Shown in pieces: positions 40,042 to 51,600 of a stretch of 64,000 bases of DNA. The notes beneath the pieces were generated by a model. The model was not told where the DNA came from. It did no database searches and worked only from the letters and a program-made list of their open reading frames with translations. Location: the NCBI GenBank assembly GCA_964527555.1, contig CAZGOG010000001.1:52602-116601 (forward strand), given 5' to 3'. Position numbers and translations under genes: made by a program. Source of the stretch: an uncultured Planctomycetia bacterium. Lineage in GTDB: Bacteria; Omnitrophota; Gorgyraeia; Tantalellales; Tantalellaceae. Each line of letters starts with the position of its first letter. Position 1 is the stretch's first letter.

Positions 40042-40755
40042 CTATATCGTCATCAAGTCTTCCACTTCTTTCGTGCCTTTATCCGTCACTTTTTCCAGAA
40101 CACCGTCTTTCATGTAATACTCGGTGTGAAAAAAATCCTTCTCCACCTCCTGATGGGAGACCACGACCACGCTCATGCCGCTTGCTTCACTGATTTTATA
40201 AAGAAGATCATAGATCTCTTCGCTCATTTTTGAGTCGAGGTTACCCGTCGGTTCATCGCAGAAGATGACATCGGGTGAATTCACCAGTGCCCGGGCTATC
40301 GCCGTCCTCTGCGCCTCACCGCCTGAAATCTGATGCGTGCGGTGTTTGAGGCGGTCCGACATCCCGACCATATCCAGAAGTCCCTTCGCCCTGGATTTGA
40401 TCTTCCCGGAAGAAGCGCCGCCTTTTATCATCGCCGGGAGCATAACGTTCTCAAGCACATTCAGTTCGCTTAAAAGATGATAAAACTGGAAAATAAACCC
40501 GAAGTTCCTGTTGCGCAGGCTGCTTCTCTTCCTGTCGCTGAGGGCGTATATGCTTTTTTCGCGGAAGCTGACTTTTCCCGCTGTGGGTTTATCCAGCGCG
40601 CCAAGCACATGGAGAAGTGTGGACTTGCCCGCGCCGGAAGGGCCGTGCACATATACGCGTTCGCCTTCATCTACGCGGATATCTGCTTCTTTCACCGCAT
40701 GAACGCTTCTAAACCCCTGCTTATAGACCTTGTTTATGTTCTGGGCAACTATCAT
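40042..40755 (-). CDS. lolD: Lipoprotein-releasing ABC transporter ATP-binding protein
   Basis: Walker A GPSGAGKST, signature ISGGEAQRTAIARAL, Walker B IFCDEPT. The start is placed at MIVAQN (40755); the ORF-track extension to 40875 overlaps lolE. Confidence 0.8.
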   Translation of the reverse strand: MIVAQNINKVYKQGFRSVHAVKEADIRVDEGERVYVHGPSGAGKSTLLHVLGALDKPTAGKVSFREKSIYALSDRKRSSLRNRNFGFIFQFYHLLSELNVLENVMLPAMIKGGASSGKIKSRAKGLLDMVGMSDRLKHRTHQISGGEAQRTAIARALVNSPDVIFCDEPTGNLDSKMSEEIYDLLYKISEASGMSVVVVSHQEVEKDFFHTEYYMKDGVLEKVTDKGTKEVEDLMTI

Positions 40756-40769
40756 ATTATTTAAAACCT

Positions 40770-41981
40770 TTACTCGTACCTTATCGCTTTTACCGGGTCG
40801 AGCCTCGAGGCTTTCCATGCGGGATAGATCCCGGCAAGAAGCGTGAGAGCCAGCGCGACAGAGATGACCGTGCATACATCGGGAGTGCTCACCACAACCG
40901 GTATTTCCGTAAAATAGTACACATCGCTCGGGAAAAGAGTGAAGCCGGTCACTTTTTCTATAAAGTCGGCTATTATGTTCACCCTGCCCGCGATATAAAT
41001 GCCGGCAAAACCCCCGGCCAGTATTCCAAGAGCGCCCACGATCGCCCCTTCCAGGAGAAATATGAGACTGACTCCGCGCGAGTTAGCGCCGATCGCCTTA
41101 AGTATACCGATATCCCTGGTCTTTTCCATGACCATCATTATAAGGGAACCGGCGATATTGAAACACGCTACCATGACGATTAGAGCAAGTATTATAAACA
41201 TCATCTTCTTCTCAAGCGCCAGGGCGTTCACTAAATTTCTGTCAAGGTCCATCCAGCTCTTAACGATATACGGGTACCCCAAAGCGCTCTGGAGGCTCCA
41301 CTTCAGGTTCTCGGCGTCCATCTCGTCTTTTACTTTGAGGCCGATACCGGTGACTTTCCCGTCCATACGGAAAAGTTTCTGGGCGTCTTCCACCCGTACT
41401 ACGCCGATATTCGCATCGTAATCATAGCGTCCGGAACTGAAGCTGCCTATAACTTTAAGCCGGTTTTTTTCAAGGTCTATCACCGAATAAGGCATGATGA
41501 TCTCGACGGTATCGCCCGCCTTTATCCCGTAGTTCTTCATGAGCTCGCTTCCAAGGACGATAGTGCCACCCTCCAGTCGCCCGCCGCTTTCACCGGTAAA
41601 CTTTATGACATCGGTTACTTCCGACTCCTTGTCCGTGTCTATACCTTTTAATAGTATGCCGACTACATCCCCTTCTTTCCTGAGGATGGCCTGACCGGTG
41701 ATAAAACTCGAGGCGCTTTCCACCTCCGGCATCGATTCCAGTCTGGAGATAACGCTCTCCGGGTCCGCCAGACCCCCTTCTTTCATGACGACCATGTGGG
41801 CGTAAGTGCCTATGATCTTCTTTTTCACCTCTTCGTCGAACCCGTTCATTATAGATAAGACTATGATGAGCGACGCCACCCCCAAAGCCACTCCGAGGAC
41901 AGAGATAGCCCCTATGAGGGAGATCATGCCTTCCCTTTTCTTCGAGAAAAAATATCTAATGCTAATAAACAGAGTCCACAT
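40770..41981 (-). CDS. lolE: Lipoprotein-releasing system permease (LolC/LolE, FtsX-like)
   Basis: MacB/FtsX-type four-transmembrane permease with a large periplasmic loop. The start is probably MWTLFISIRYF. Confidence 0.8.
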   Translation of the reverse strand: MWTLFISIRYFFSKKREGMISLIGAISVLGVALGVASLIIVLSIMNGFDEEVKKKIIGTYAHMVVMKEGGLADPESVISRLESMPEVESASSFITGQAILRKEGDVVGILLKGIDTDKESEVTDVIKFTGESGGRLEGGTIVLGSELMKNYGIKAGDTVEIIMPYSVIDLEKNRLKVIGSFSSGRYDYDANIGVVRVEDAQKLFRMDGKVTGIGLKVKDEMDAENLKWSLQSALGYPYIVKSWMDLDRNLVNALALEKKMMFIILALIVMVACFNIAGSLIMMVMEKTRDIGILKAIGANSRGVSLIFLLEGAIVGALGILAGGFAGIYIAGRVNIIADFIEKVTGFTLFPSDVYYFTEIPVVVSTPDVCTVISVALALTLLAGIYPAWKASRLDPVKAIRYE

Positions 41982-41988
41982 AGTTTTT

Positions 41989-43419
41989 TTATTCTGGACG
42001 CAGCTGCGGGAAGAAAATAACATCCCGTATGCTCGCTGAATCGGTGAAAATCATCGCGAGGCGGTCCATACCGATCCCCAGTCCCCCTGCGGGCGGCATA
42101 CCGTATTCAAGCGCCCTGACAAAATCCTCGTCCATCATCGCTTCCGGATCAGCTTCAACCTGCTCTTCGAACCTCTTCTTCTGATCGATGGGGTCATTGA
42201 GCTCCGAGTAGGCGTTAGCCACTTCCATGCCTCCTATGTACAGCTCAAACCGCTCCACCAGCGTCGGATCGTCCTTCTTGCATTTAGCCAGGGGGCTGAG
42301 TTCCTTGAACATGTCGACGACAAAAACGGGGTGAGTCTCAGTCTCGGGCTCGACCAGCTCGCCCACTATATTTATGATCTGGGTCTTGCTTACCTTATCC
42401 CCCTCTATCTCTATACCCTTGGCTTTGAGTTTACTGACCCACTCATCAAGCGGATCATCTGATTTAATGCCGAAATTCTTCTCCATAAGTTCAGCAAACG
42501 AGACTTTCTTCCACAGCGTAAGGTCCACGTCACGCCCCCCGTAGGTGAACTTCTCGCTTCCCAAAAGAGCCCGAGCGCTGGAACGTACCAGCTCTTCCGT
42601 AAGTTTCATCATGCCCTCACAGTCGGAATACGCCTGGTAGACCTCCATCATGGTGAATTCCGGGTTATGCCTGGTGGAGATGCCCTCGTTACGGAAAGAG
42701 CGGTTGATCTCGAAAACTTTCTCGAACCCTCCGACAAGGAGTTTTTTTAGGTATATCTCCGGCGCTATCCTCAGAAAAAGGTCCATATCCAGAGCTTCAT
42801 GATGCGTCTTGAAGGGTTTGCCGGCAGCGCCTCCCGGGATGGGATGCATCATCGGCGTCTCTACCTCCAGAAAACCTTTTTTTATAAGTTCCGTGCGGAT
42901 ATGCTGGATAAGCGCTATGCGCACTTTGAACTTCTCACGCGCGGAATCGTTTACTATGAGATCAACGTACCTCTGGCGGTACCTCGTCTCCACGTCCTTA
43001 AGGCCGTGCCATTTCTCGGGAAGCGGGAGGAGTGACTTTGAGACTACCCGGTAGGTATCGACCTTTATCGTATCCTCCCCCGTACGCGTCTTGAAGAGCT
43101 CGCCTTCCACTCCGATTATGTCGCCTATATCCAGGCTGCTCAAGAGCTCAAAAGCCTCTTCGCCTATACCGTCCTTTTTCATGTAAAGCTGGATCTTACC
43201 GGTAAAATCCTTGATATCCATAAAGGCGCTTTTACCGTGCTCGCGCCTGGCCATTATCCTGCCGGCTGCTTTTACCTTTTTGCCTTCGGAATAATCGTTT
43301 TTAACAGATTCTATTGACTGGCTGCCGGGAAAGTTCTCCCTGAAAGGATCTATGCCGCTTGCTTTAAGTTTTTCAAGGTTCTTGTACCTCTGCTCGATGA
43401 TCTCGTTTCTTTCTTCCAT
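41989..43419 (-). CDS. lysS: Lysyl-tRNA synthetase (class II)
   Basis: 476 aa with an N-terminal OB fold and class II motifs (FRNEG, GGLGIGMDRL). Confidence 0.9.
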   Translation of the reverse strand: MEERNEIIEQRYKNLEKLKASGIDPFRENFPGSQSIESVKNDYSEGKKVKAAGRIMARREHGKSAFMDIKDFTGKIQLYMKKDGIGEEAFELLSSLDIGDIIGVEGELFKTRTGEDTIKVDTYRVVSKSLLPLPEKWHGLKDVETRYRQRYVDLIVNDSAREKFKVRIALIQHIRTELIKKGFLEVETPMMHPIPGGAAGKPFKTHHEALDMDLFLRIAPEIYLKKLLVGGFEKVFEINRSFRNEGISTRHNPEFTMMEVYQAYSDCEGMMKLTEELVRSSARALLGSEKFTYGGRDVDLTLWKKVSFAELMEKNFGIKSDDPLDEWVSKLKAKGIEIEGDKVSKTQIINIVGELVEPETETHPVFVVDMFKELSPLAKCKKDDPTLVERFELYIGGMEVANAYSELNDPIDQKKRFEEQVEADPEAMMDEDFVRALEYGMPPAGGLGIGMDRLAMIFTDSASIRDVIFFPQLRPE

Positions 43420-43653
43420 AACGGTTCCTTTTCACCTTTACCGGAATAATGACAAAACCGCCCATCCTCTACCATTAGAATAGAGCGCGCTCCATATTAT
43501 ATAACATCACAAAATTATATCTATTATGAATAGAACTGTCAATGTAATTAAATTATTTTAATATCCGGGGATGATGCAAATGCATTATCTTATATAAGTT
43601 TATACAGGTTTATGCGGGTTTATATATGCTGTTGCGGATGTGTATGATATAGG

Positions 43654-45642
43654 TCAGCTGATAAGTTTTCTAAACTGGTCTTCCGTGATTACTTTTATGC
43701 CTTTTTTCTTGGCTTCATCGAGTTTTGAACCGGCCTTCTCTCCCGCAACGACAAAGTCGACTGTAGCGCTTATGCTTGAAGAGGCCTCGCCGCCTTCGGA
43801 CTCAACCAGTTCCTTGGCCTCGGAACGGCTCATGCTCTCCAGGCTTCCGGTAAAAACGATTCTTTTGCCCAGGAGTTTGCCCTTGGCCGGTTTCTTCTTC
43901 TCTTGGACGATAACACCGGTTGCCTTAAGTTTTTCGATCTCAGCCAGGTTCTTCTTCTCCCTGAAAAAGTCGGTTATGCTTTCGGAGATCTCGGGCCCTA
44001 TCTCGTTTATGGATTCCAGCTTCCCTTTATCCGCCGCCATGATATTTTCCAAAGTACCGAATCTCGCCGCAAGAAGAGTGGCTATATGCTTACCGACGTT
44101 CCTTATACCCAGACCGAATATAAACCTTTCAAGCGTGACATCCTTGGATTTTTCTATGGCGCCCAAGAGATTCTCCGTCTTCTTCTCTTTAAACCCTTCC
44201 AGCGCGAGGAGGTCTTCCTTCTTCAGGATATATATATCCGATATGCTTTTAATAAGCCCCTTGTCATGGAGAAGCTCCACCGTCTTATCCGAAAAACCCT
44301 CTATGTCCACCGCGCCCTTACTCGCATAATGCGTTATAGCTTCTTTAAGCTGCGCGGGACAGGCCAGACCCGCGGGACAGCGGTAAAAGACGTCTTCCTT
44401 CTCGACAGAAGCCCCGCAGCTCGGGCACTTCGCGGGCATATGGAACGCTTTTTCTTTGCCGGTGCGCTTCTCTTTCACCACTTCCGAGACGTAAGGGATG
44501 ACGTCACCCGCTCTTTCGACTTTTACATAGTCGCCTTTCTTCAGGCCCAGTTTCTCTATCTGGTCCATATTGTGAAGCGTCGCGCGTGAGACCGTCACCC
44601 CGCTTACCTCGACGGGCTGAAGAAGCGCAAGAGGCGTAAGCACGCCGGTCCTGCCGACTTGCACGGCTATATCTTCAACGCGTGTCACCTCCCTGCGCGG
44701 CTTGAACTTATAGGCGACCGCCCACTTGGGATTGGTGGTACGCACCCCCAGCTTTTCCTGAGCCTTTATATCATTCACCTTGATGACCACCCCGTCTATC
44801 TCGTAATCAAGATCGTCACGCTTCTCCTCAAGGACGTGGTGATAGCTGATCGCTTCCTCGATGGTCCTGCAGTGTCTGACGCTGGGCGAAATATGGAACC
44901 CGTACTCTTTAAGAAGACCAAGCGCCTCCATCTGGGTAGAAGGCATCTTTTCCGAAAGATCAAGTATCCTGTAGCAGTAGACGTGGAGCTTCCGCGTCGC
45001 TGTTATCCTCCAGTCAAGCTGGCGCATGGAACCGGCCGCGACATTGCGCGGGTTCGCGTAAGTGTCTTTACCCTCTTCGGTCTGTTTTTTGTTAAGAGCG
45101 TTAAAATCTTTTATGTGCATCATGACTTCCCCGCGCACCGCGAGCCTTTCAGGCGGCTTCTTCCCCTTAAGCTCTTTAGGCACGTTTGCAACGGTTTTAA
45201 GGTTCAGCGTAACGTCTTCGCCTGTTATTCCGTCACCGCGCGTGGAGCCCCTTACGAATCTGCCCGCCTCATACACAAGCTCTATACTCATCCCGTCAAG
45301 TTTGGGTTCGCAGACGTAATCTATTTCCCCGCCTGCCTCTTTCTTGCACGTCTTATCGAAGTGCCGCGCGCCTGCCTCGTCGCTTACGCTCTCAAGGCTC
45401 AGCATTGCGGAAGTATGCTTCACCTTCACGAACTTCTCCGGTATAGGCGCGCCGACTGTCTGCGTGGGGGAATCGCTTCTCAGATACTCGGGATGCTCCT
45501 CTTCAAGTCTCTTAAGCTTCTTCAGAAGCTCATCGTACCTGGCATCCGAGATCTCGGGCTTTCCTTCCACGTAGTAGAGCCTGTTATGCCGCTTTAACTC
45601 TTTACGCAGCTCATCTATCCTCTTTTTTACTTCCCTGGTCAT
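43654..45642 (-). CDS. ligA: NAD-dependent DNA ligase
   Basis: 662 aa with KxDG adenylation motif (EPKLDGMSIELVYE), Zn finger CPSCGASVEKEDVFYRCP, HhH and BRCT. Confidence 0.9.
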   Translation of the reverse strand: MTREVKKRIDELRKELKRHNRLYYVEGKPEISDARYDELLKKLKRLEEEHPEYLRSDSPTQTVGAPIPEKFVKVKHTSAMLSLESVSDEAGARHFDKTCKKEAGGEIDYVCEPKLDGMSIELVYEAGRFVRGSTRGDGITGEDVTLNLKTVANVPKELKGKKPPERLAVRGEVMMHIKDFNALNKKQTEEGKDTYANPRNVAAGSMRQLDWRITATRKLHVYCYRILDLSEKMPSTQMEALGLLKEYGFHISPSVRHCRTIEEAISYHHVLEEKRDDLDYEIDGVVIKVNDIKAQEKLGVRTTNPKWAVAYKFKPRREVTRVEDIAVQVGRTGVLTPLALLQPVEVSGVTVSRATLHNMDQIEKLGLKKGDYVKVERAGDVIPYVSEVVKEKRTGKEKAFHMPAKCPSCGASVEKEDVFYRCPAGLACPAQLKEAITHYASKGAVDIEGFSDKTVELLHDKGLIKSISDIYILKKEDLLALEGFKEKKTENLLGAIEKSKDVTLERFIFGLGIRNVGKHIATLLAARFGTLENIMAADKGKLESINEIGPEISESITDFFREKKNLAEIEKLKATGVIVQEKKKPAKGKLLGKRIVFTGSLESMSRSEAKELVESEGGEASSSISATVDFVVAGEKAGSKLDEAKKKGIKVITEDQFRKLIS

Positions 45643-45650
45643 GATAAAAC

Positions 45651-47384
45651 CTATCGTTTTAGCGCCTTTATAAGTTTATCAAAAGTGTAAGTATTAAGCA
45701 CGTCTTTCTTCTCGAGCCAGCCGCGCCTGGCGGTTATCACGCCGTAGACCATACCGTCAAGCTGCCCCGTCGCGTGGGCGTCGGTATTAATGGTGATCTT
45801 CGCGCCGAGCTCTTTGGCGCGCCGCGCGTGCGCGTCGTTCAGGTCTATCCTGTCGCCGTGGGTGTTTATCTCTAAAAATATATTATGCCCGGCGGCTTTT
45901 TTGAATACCTTGTCAAAATCAAGCTGAAGCGCCTTACGCGTAGTGATGAGCCTGCCGGAAGGATGCGCCAGGATATTCACGTATTTATTATCCATGGCTT
46001 TTAAAACGCGTGCGGTCTGTTTCTCTTTCGGCAGGGAAAACTTCGAATGGATAGCCGCTATCACCACGTCCAGCTCTTTAATCGCGTAGTCTTCAAGGTC
46101 GAGCTTGCCGTCTTCAAGTATATCCACTTCTATCCCGGTAAGCACTTTTATGCCTTTTTCTTTCTGCGCTATTCTTTTTATTTTCTCAAGCTGTTTTAAA
46201 AGGCGCTTCTCATCCATCCCACCCGCCACACGCACAAGTTTAGAATGATCGGTTATCGCCATATATTTATATCCCCTGGCCTTGGCCGCGGCGATCATCT
46301 CTTCAGCAGGCGCCTGGCCGTCAGTCTCGCTGGTATGCATGTGGAGGTCACCCTTGATGTCCTTTATCTCTAAAAGCTCATCCGGAAGTTTCCCCTTAAG
46401 TGCCGCTTCTATCTCGCCCTGCGCTTCACGCAGTTCCGGCGGTATATACTCCATGCCGAGCACCTTGTAGACTTCTTCTTCGGTCTTACCGGCGATAAAC
46501 TTTTCTTTGCCGCTTTTACTTACGGAAAATATCCCGTACTCGCTTACCTTGTAGCCCCTTCCTTTGGCGATCTTGCGCACTTCGACGTTATGCTGCTTGG
46601 AGCCGGTAAAGTAAAGTAGCGCCGCCCCGACTCGCTCCTTCTCTATCACGCGCAGGTCCACCTGCGGCCCTTCCTTTAAAGATACGCTCGACTTGGTGGA
46701 GCCTTTGGCTATCACACTTTCGACTCCCGGGTAAGCCGTAAAGTAGTCCATGGCTTTTTTGCCGTCGGAAGCGACTGCAAGTATATCCAGGTCGCCCACC
46801 GTCTCCTTACCCCTGCGGAGGCTGCCGGCTTTCTCGAGAATCTTGAAATTCCTGGATTTCTTTAAATACTCAATGATCCTGTCCGCATAGTAATACGCTT
46901 CGGGAAGAAGCATCCTTCCTTCTTTTTTTCTGAAATGCTTTATCGCCTCCAGAAGTTTTTCCTGCGTCTTCTCGCCCATGCCTTCGATACTCGCGAGTTT
47001 TCCCTTCTGGCAGGCTTTCTCGAGATCATCTACGTTTTTTACGCCGAGTGAGTCACTGAGTTTTTTCAGTTTCCTGGGCCCCAGCCCCGCAAGGTCCAGC
47101 ATATCCAGAAAGTGCGCCGGGAACTCCTTCATGAGCTCCTCATAATATTTGAGGCGGCCCGTCTCCACGAGCTCGATGATCTTTTCTTTAAGGTCCTTGC
47201 CTATACCGGGGATATTATCAAGGTTTTCCGCGTCCTCTTTATATATCTCCTCAAGCTGACGGGAAAGGTTAATCACGTTCTGCGCGGCGAGGCGGTACGC
47301 CCTGATCCTGAAGACATTCTCGCCTTTTATCTCAAGGGCGTCGGCGATACGCGAAAATATCGAAGAGACAGTCTTATTATCCAT
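45651..47384 (-). CDS. polX: DNA polymerase X family protein with PHP phosphoesterase domain
   Basis: 577 aa with an N-terminal Pol-beta-like HhH and nucleotidyltransferase (GSLRRGKETVGDLDIL) and a C-terminal PHP (DLHMHTSETDG). Confidence 0.85.
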   Translation of the reverse strand: MDNKTVSSIFSRIADALEIKGENVFRIRAYRLAAQNVINLSRQLEEIYKEDAENLDNIPGIGKDLKEKIIELVETGRLKYYEELMKEFPAHFLDMLDLAGLGPRKLKKLSDSLGVKNVDDLEKACQKGKLASIEGMGEKTQEKLLEAIKHFRKKEGRMLLPEAYYYADRIIEYLKKSRNFKILEKAGSLRRGKETVGDLDILAVASDGKKAMDYFTAYPGVESVIAKGSTKSSVSLKEGPQVDLRVIEKERVGAALLYFTGSKQHNVEVRKIAKGRGYKVSEYGIFSVSKSGKEKFIAGKTEEEVYKVLGMEYIPPELREAQGEIEAALKGKLPDELLEIKDIKGDLHMHTSETDGQAPAEEMIAAAKARGYKYMAITDHSKLVRVAGGMDEKRLLKQLEKIKRIAQKEKGIKVLTGIEVDILEDGKLDLEDYAIKELDVVIAAIHSKFSLPKEKQTARVLKAMDNKYVNILAHPSGRLITTRKALQLDFDKVFKKAAGHNIFLEINTHGDRIDLNDAHARRAKELGAKITINTDAHATGQLDGMVYGVITARRGWLEKKDVLNTYTFDKLIKALKR

Positions 47385-47468
47385 GTTTATGATTGCAGGT
47401 AGAGCCCTTACGGATAAAATATAACTATTTACTAGTGATTATACCTATTATAAAGGAAAGGGACAAGC

Positions 47469-47630
47469 TGAATCTCCACGGACTCACGTCCGTGGTTTCA
47501 TCCCTTTGCGACCTTCGGCCGATATAGTTCTGCATCCACGGCCTTAACATCCGTGGTGTTCCTTCGTTCTAAGTACAAAATATCTTTCCTCAGAGATTCA
47601 CGGTGAGCGAACGAAGTGAGTCGAACCATA
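47469..47630. repeat. Intergenic structured repeat, copy E (composite: long-type 5' hairpin plus short-subfamily 3' module)
   Basis: TGAATCTCCACGGACTCACGTCCGTGG...CCACGGCCTTAACATCCGTGG...CCTTCGTTCTAAGTACAAAATATCTTTCCTCAGAGATTCACGGTGAGCGAACGAAGTGAGTCGAACCATA. Confidence 0.8.
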
Positions 47631-47648
47631 AAAGGAGGCTCTTTTTGG

Positions 47649-48551
47649 TTAAGTATTATACCACCTGCGGATAACAAACTTTTCCCTGCCCTTGGCGTCG
47701 TCTCGATAGTCATCGACCGGGACTTTTTTCCTTAAGGTCTTGTCCAGGACTTCCGCGAGACTGCGCACCTTGACTCCGCCTTGATTGCCTTCTTTAGTTT
47801 TATCATAATCCAGGCGGCTTTCGATAACGCGCCTTTTATCAAGAACGATGATGACGTGTCCGTCCCAGACGATCAAATCCAAGGGTTCTACCTGCTGGAT
47901 GATCTCGTCTGCGCCGCGTCCTGAAATCTCTACCGGTTCCCCGTAATTTATTAGCGCGCTTGTGTTCCTCGGGGTAACGCCGTCGGTCGCTTCATAAAGG
48001 AGGCCGGAACAGTCCACCCCTTCAAGCTTCCACTTCTTCCGCATCTGGCCGGATAAATCTGAAGAAGGCGGATACCAGCGGAGCATCTCCTTTATCCCCT
48101 CTTTGTAATTACCACCCCAGATATAAATGCTTCCGACGCTGGAGAGTAGATTCTGTATGATCTTTTCCCTGCAGGGAAGCTTTTTAATCCTGTCAGGCAC
48201 TTTATAGTCTAAAGTCTTCACGGATCTTTTATCGATAAAGTAACCCGTCTTCGTCGGATAGGGATAATCACCGGTAGTGACTTTATATATGGTGATATCT
48301 TCTTTTTTGATCGTGTCCTGGATACTGAAGACCGTGCCGGCGAGCGCTATAAACTCCACTTCACGGATAAGTCCGGACTTATCAACTTTAAGCGTCCTGC
48401 CGTCTCCCCCGCCAAAAACCGAGGAAAAATCCGGCGTGTTTAGTACCGGCGTCGGCCCCTGCGCGACCGCATAAAGTTCTTCCGCCTCGCAGTAAGTACA
48501 AACTGCTGTAATAATAAAGAGGACGACTATTAAAGGTAAGACTTTCTTCAT
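47649..48551 (-). CDS. Secreted NlpC/P60 (C40) cell-wall peptidase
   Basis: 300 aa with a signal peptide, catalytic Cys in GVDCSGLL and His in WDGHVIIV. Confidence 0.75.
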   Translation of the reverse strand: MKKVLPLIVVLFIITAVCTYCEAEELYAVAQGPTPVLNTPDFSSVFGGGDGRTLKVDKSGLIREVEFIALAGTVFSIQDTIKKEDITIYKVTTGDYPYPTKTGYFIDKRSVKTLDYKVPDRIKKLPCREKIIQNLLSSVGSIYIWGGNYKEGIKEMLRWYPPSSDLSGQMRKKWKLEGVDCSGLLYEATDGVTPRNTSALINYGEPVEISGRGADEIIQQVEPLDLIVWDGHVIIVLDKRRVIESRLDYDKTKEGNQGGVKVRSLAEVLDKTLRKKVPVDDYRDDAKGREKFVIRRWYNT

Positions 48552-48653
48552 GTAAGCCCACTCTTCCGTTAGAAGAAAAAGATTAACGGTTTAGGTTGGT
48601 ATTCTATCACAAGATTTTACAACTATAGAGAAGAATCTAAAAAATGGGGGTCT

Positions 48654-51600
48654 TTACGCGTAGGTCCAGAATTCCTGCATAAGCCTGTACTCGCGCGCCA
48701 GCATTTCCGTCCAGCGCACCACATTGTCCAGGAAGTACTGGACTCTTTTCTTTATATCTTCGCCGCTTGAGTTTTCTTCCGAGACGCTTAATGCGTCTAT
48801 AAACTTGCCCGCGGCGTCTTTATCAAGATGGAAACTTTCCCCGAGCATCTCCAGTAAAAGCGCCTTTACTACGATAGCGTCCCCTGCCCCGTCCTCCAAA
48901 AGGCGTGCGAGAATAGTGACCATGAGAAAGCGGGCCTGCCAGAGCGTCTTCTCTCCCGAGCTTTTCATGTTTGCCGGAAACTCAAGATTAAGAAGTCTTA
49001 CGTCCCTGAAAAGTTCTACGCTGCTTTTATCATTCAAAAGACCGGATATCGCCCGGCTAGTCCAGGAATTAGATATAATGATCCTTTTTACGCCGTCGGG
49101 TCTCTCTGAAAGATGATTGGACAGGCTCCTTGCATTATACGTGGTCACCTCTATGGATAATCCCCTTCTTTGCATCAGTTTGATCGCTTTTTTCATATCA
49201 TGGGTCAGTTCAAACTTCTCCAGTTCCGTTTGAGGCACAAGGATCTCGATGCTTGTTTCATGAAGAAGGTTTACCGCCTCGAAAGTAGCCCTTTGATCCT
49301 CCTCTTTAAACCCTACATCACTCGGAGTGCCGGGACCTGCCCGGCTGGCAATACGCGCGATAAATGTTCTGGTAAATTCCTGTTCTTTGTTAAACTCCGC
49401 GATAGCTTCTGCCTGCCGCAATAAATCTCTTTTCTCTTCCAGGAGCCCGCCTGCCCTCTTGGTGAGTTTAACCGTCTCCGACGCCGCGCTCGGATTCTCA
49501 ATCCTTAATAGATACATGCTTTTTGCAACTGAAGGTTTTACCTCTCCAGCAGCCTTGAAGTTGCCTCTATTTTGCAGAAAAACTCCTTTCATGCTCCAGG
49601 GATCGAATCCGGCGCATATAAAAAACTTTATATCCGCGCCCTCCTCATCCACGGACCTTACAAGAATATCACCTCTTCGAAGGCTCTGGCATGAAATTAC
49701 CGGCCTGAACTCTTCCGGCGTATTCAGCGCCGCGTGTATTTCCTTTTGCAGGGTCCGTTCTTTCTGGCGCATTTGGTCTATTTTCCCCGCAAAACCTTCC
49801 AACCCCGTTTCGATTATCTCTATTTCTATTTCGTTTAAACTCTCTTCTAATCTTTCTAGCTCTAACAATGCCCTCGCCAAGTCAAGCGGCACTTTTATGT
49901 CTTCGGGTATATATTCACGTTCCGCGGCTACCTGATAAGTCCCGGTAAACGACGGCGGTTTTTTCGTCAGATCTTCGATTCTCTCATTTATTGCTTTGAT
50001 GATGACTGCGTTTCTGCTTAAAGTTTCGTTGTCTGGTTCACCTGTCAGGTCGCCGGCTACGTACATTATGAAATACTCCAATAGACTCTCCAGGACTATG
50101 GGATTTTCTATCGCGTTTATCTGTTTCTGTGCTTCTTCCATGGACGCGTCTTCGCCGCTTTTGAGCGCATTAACAATAAATATACGCGCGCTTGCTATTT
50201 CATAGACCACTCTTTCGCCTTTGGGGGTAAGAAACCAGCGGTCCTTTCCCTTTTTCTGCCTGAGGCATCCCATATCCACTAAGACGTCTCTGACACGCTC
50301 ACGTGTTTGAAGAGTGGTTGCCAGGCCGAAACTTTCGGAGCTTTCTTCGTGCTGCCCGTCCGTAAACCCGCTCCGCTCGAAAAATACAAGATGCTTTACG
50401 CCAAAAAGGATGAGCGCATCTTCAAGCGCACCCTCCGGAAGTTCCACAGTCTCTATTGCGCCTGTGGTATCCTTTAAGCTTCCTTTGGAAGAAAACGGGA
50501 GCCATCTTAAAAACTTCTGCCAGGTTGATTTTTCTTCGGGCTCATTCAAAGGAATCTCGATTTCTTGGGCGCTTCTTATCCCGGGGCCTTTTGCGCCAAA
50601 GCGCTTTTTGCCGCCTGCGTGCAGACTGGCATCAGGCTCTATCATACCCTTGAACCATGTATTTATACACAGCTCTAAAACACCTTTTGTAAGATCAGGA
50701 AACTCCCCGTGAAAAGTCGTATGAAACTTCCCGCTCTTTATATGTTTATCACCTTCTCCATACTCATACGCGACCATGTAAGGAGCAGGTTCTCCGTCCG
50801 TCAGAATAATACCAAGCTTTAAAACGCCTTTTTCCACCTGCGGGTTTTCGATCTCTATTATTACAGCCGCTTCACCGGGCTCGGCAGTTATAGAGTACTT
50901 GAGACTGTACGTCCTGAGATAAGTAAGGGCGGTTTCCGCTGCTTGTATAAGCTGGCCGTTGGTTTTTCTTAAGATTTCCTCATCCATTTGTTTCTGCACG
51001 GCATCACCTAGAGCGCCATAAAAATCACAGACAAAATAGAGATGCGCATAACTTGTTTTTAATTTATTATGGATATCGTACTTCTCCCTCACTTCTTCAA
51101 CATCTGTCAGTTCAGTTAATTCTTCTAATAGCGGCAGCATCCCGCGCATCTGGCCTCCGACATACGCGATAAACTGGCGCGCCAGGTCCGCATCCAACTC
51201 GTCAGCATTCTTGTCCCAATATACCCTGCCGATCTCGCTGTTTAGATCGTCTTGTCTCGTTTTGTGAGTTTTTTTGCTTATCTCGTCCGCGACTTTTTCG
51301 ATTTTTTCACGATCCTTAAAAGCCCATAAGCATGTCTGAAGAGCCGGGTAAAGCGTAGAGTTAAGCCTGTCATTAAAAAGCAGATACATAGCAGCTGCTA
51401 ACTTGCGCACTTTCCCGGGGCTGGCGACGATCTCTTCTGCCCTTTCTTCCTGGAATTGTCTCTTCTGGATCTCATCCGGGCTCAATACGAATCTAGCCGC
51501 CCCGTTTCTGCGGTATAGATCTTCACTTAGCTCTTCCGACTCTTTCGTGGTTATTTCACCGGCCTGTTCGCGCCGAATGATCTCATTCCACTCACGGCGC

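Noticed and set aside
43420-43653. T-box or other riboswitch upstream of lysS, and short GTTTATA-type tandem repeats.
   Set aside because: The conserved T-box sequence (AGGGTGGNACCGCG) is absent on the relevant strand. The short AT-rich repeats are consistent with an ordinary promoter region.
47498-47713. 71-aa ORF spanning repeat copy E.
   Set aside because: It is entirely repeat-derived sequence and only the repeat is conserved elsewhere in the window.
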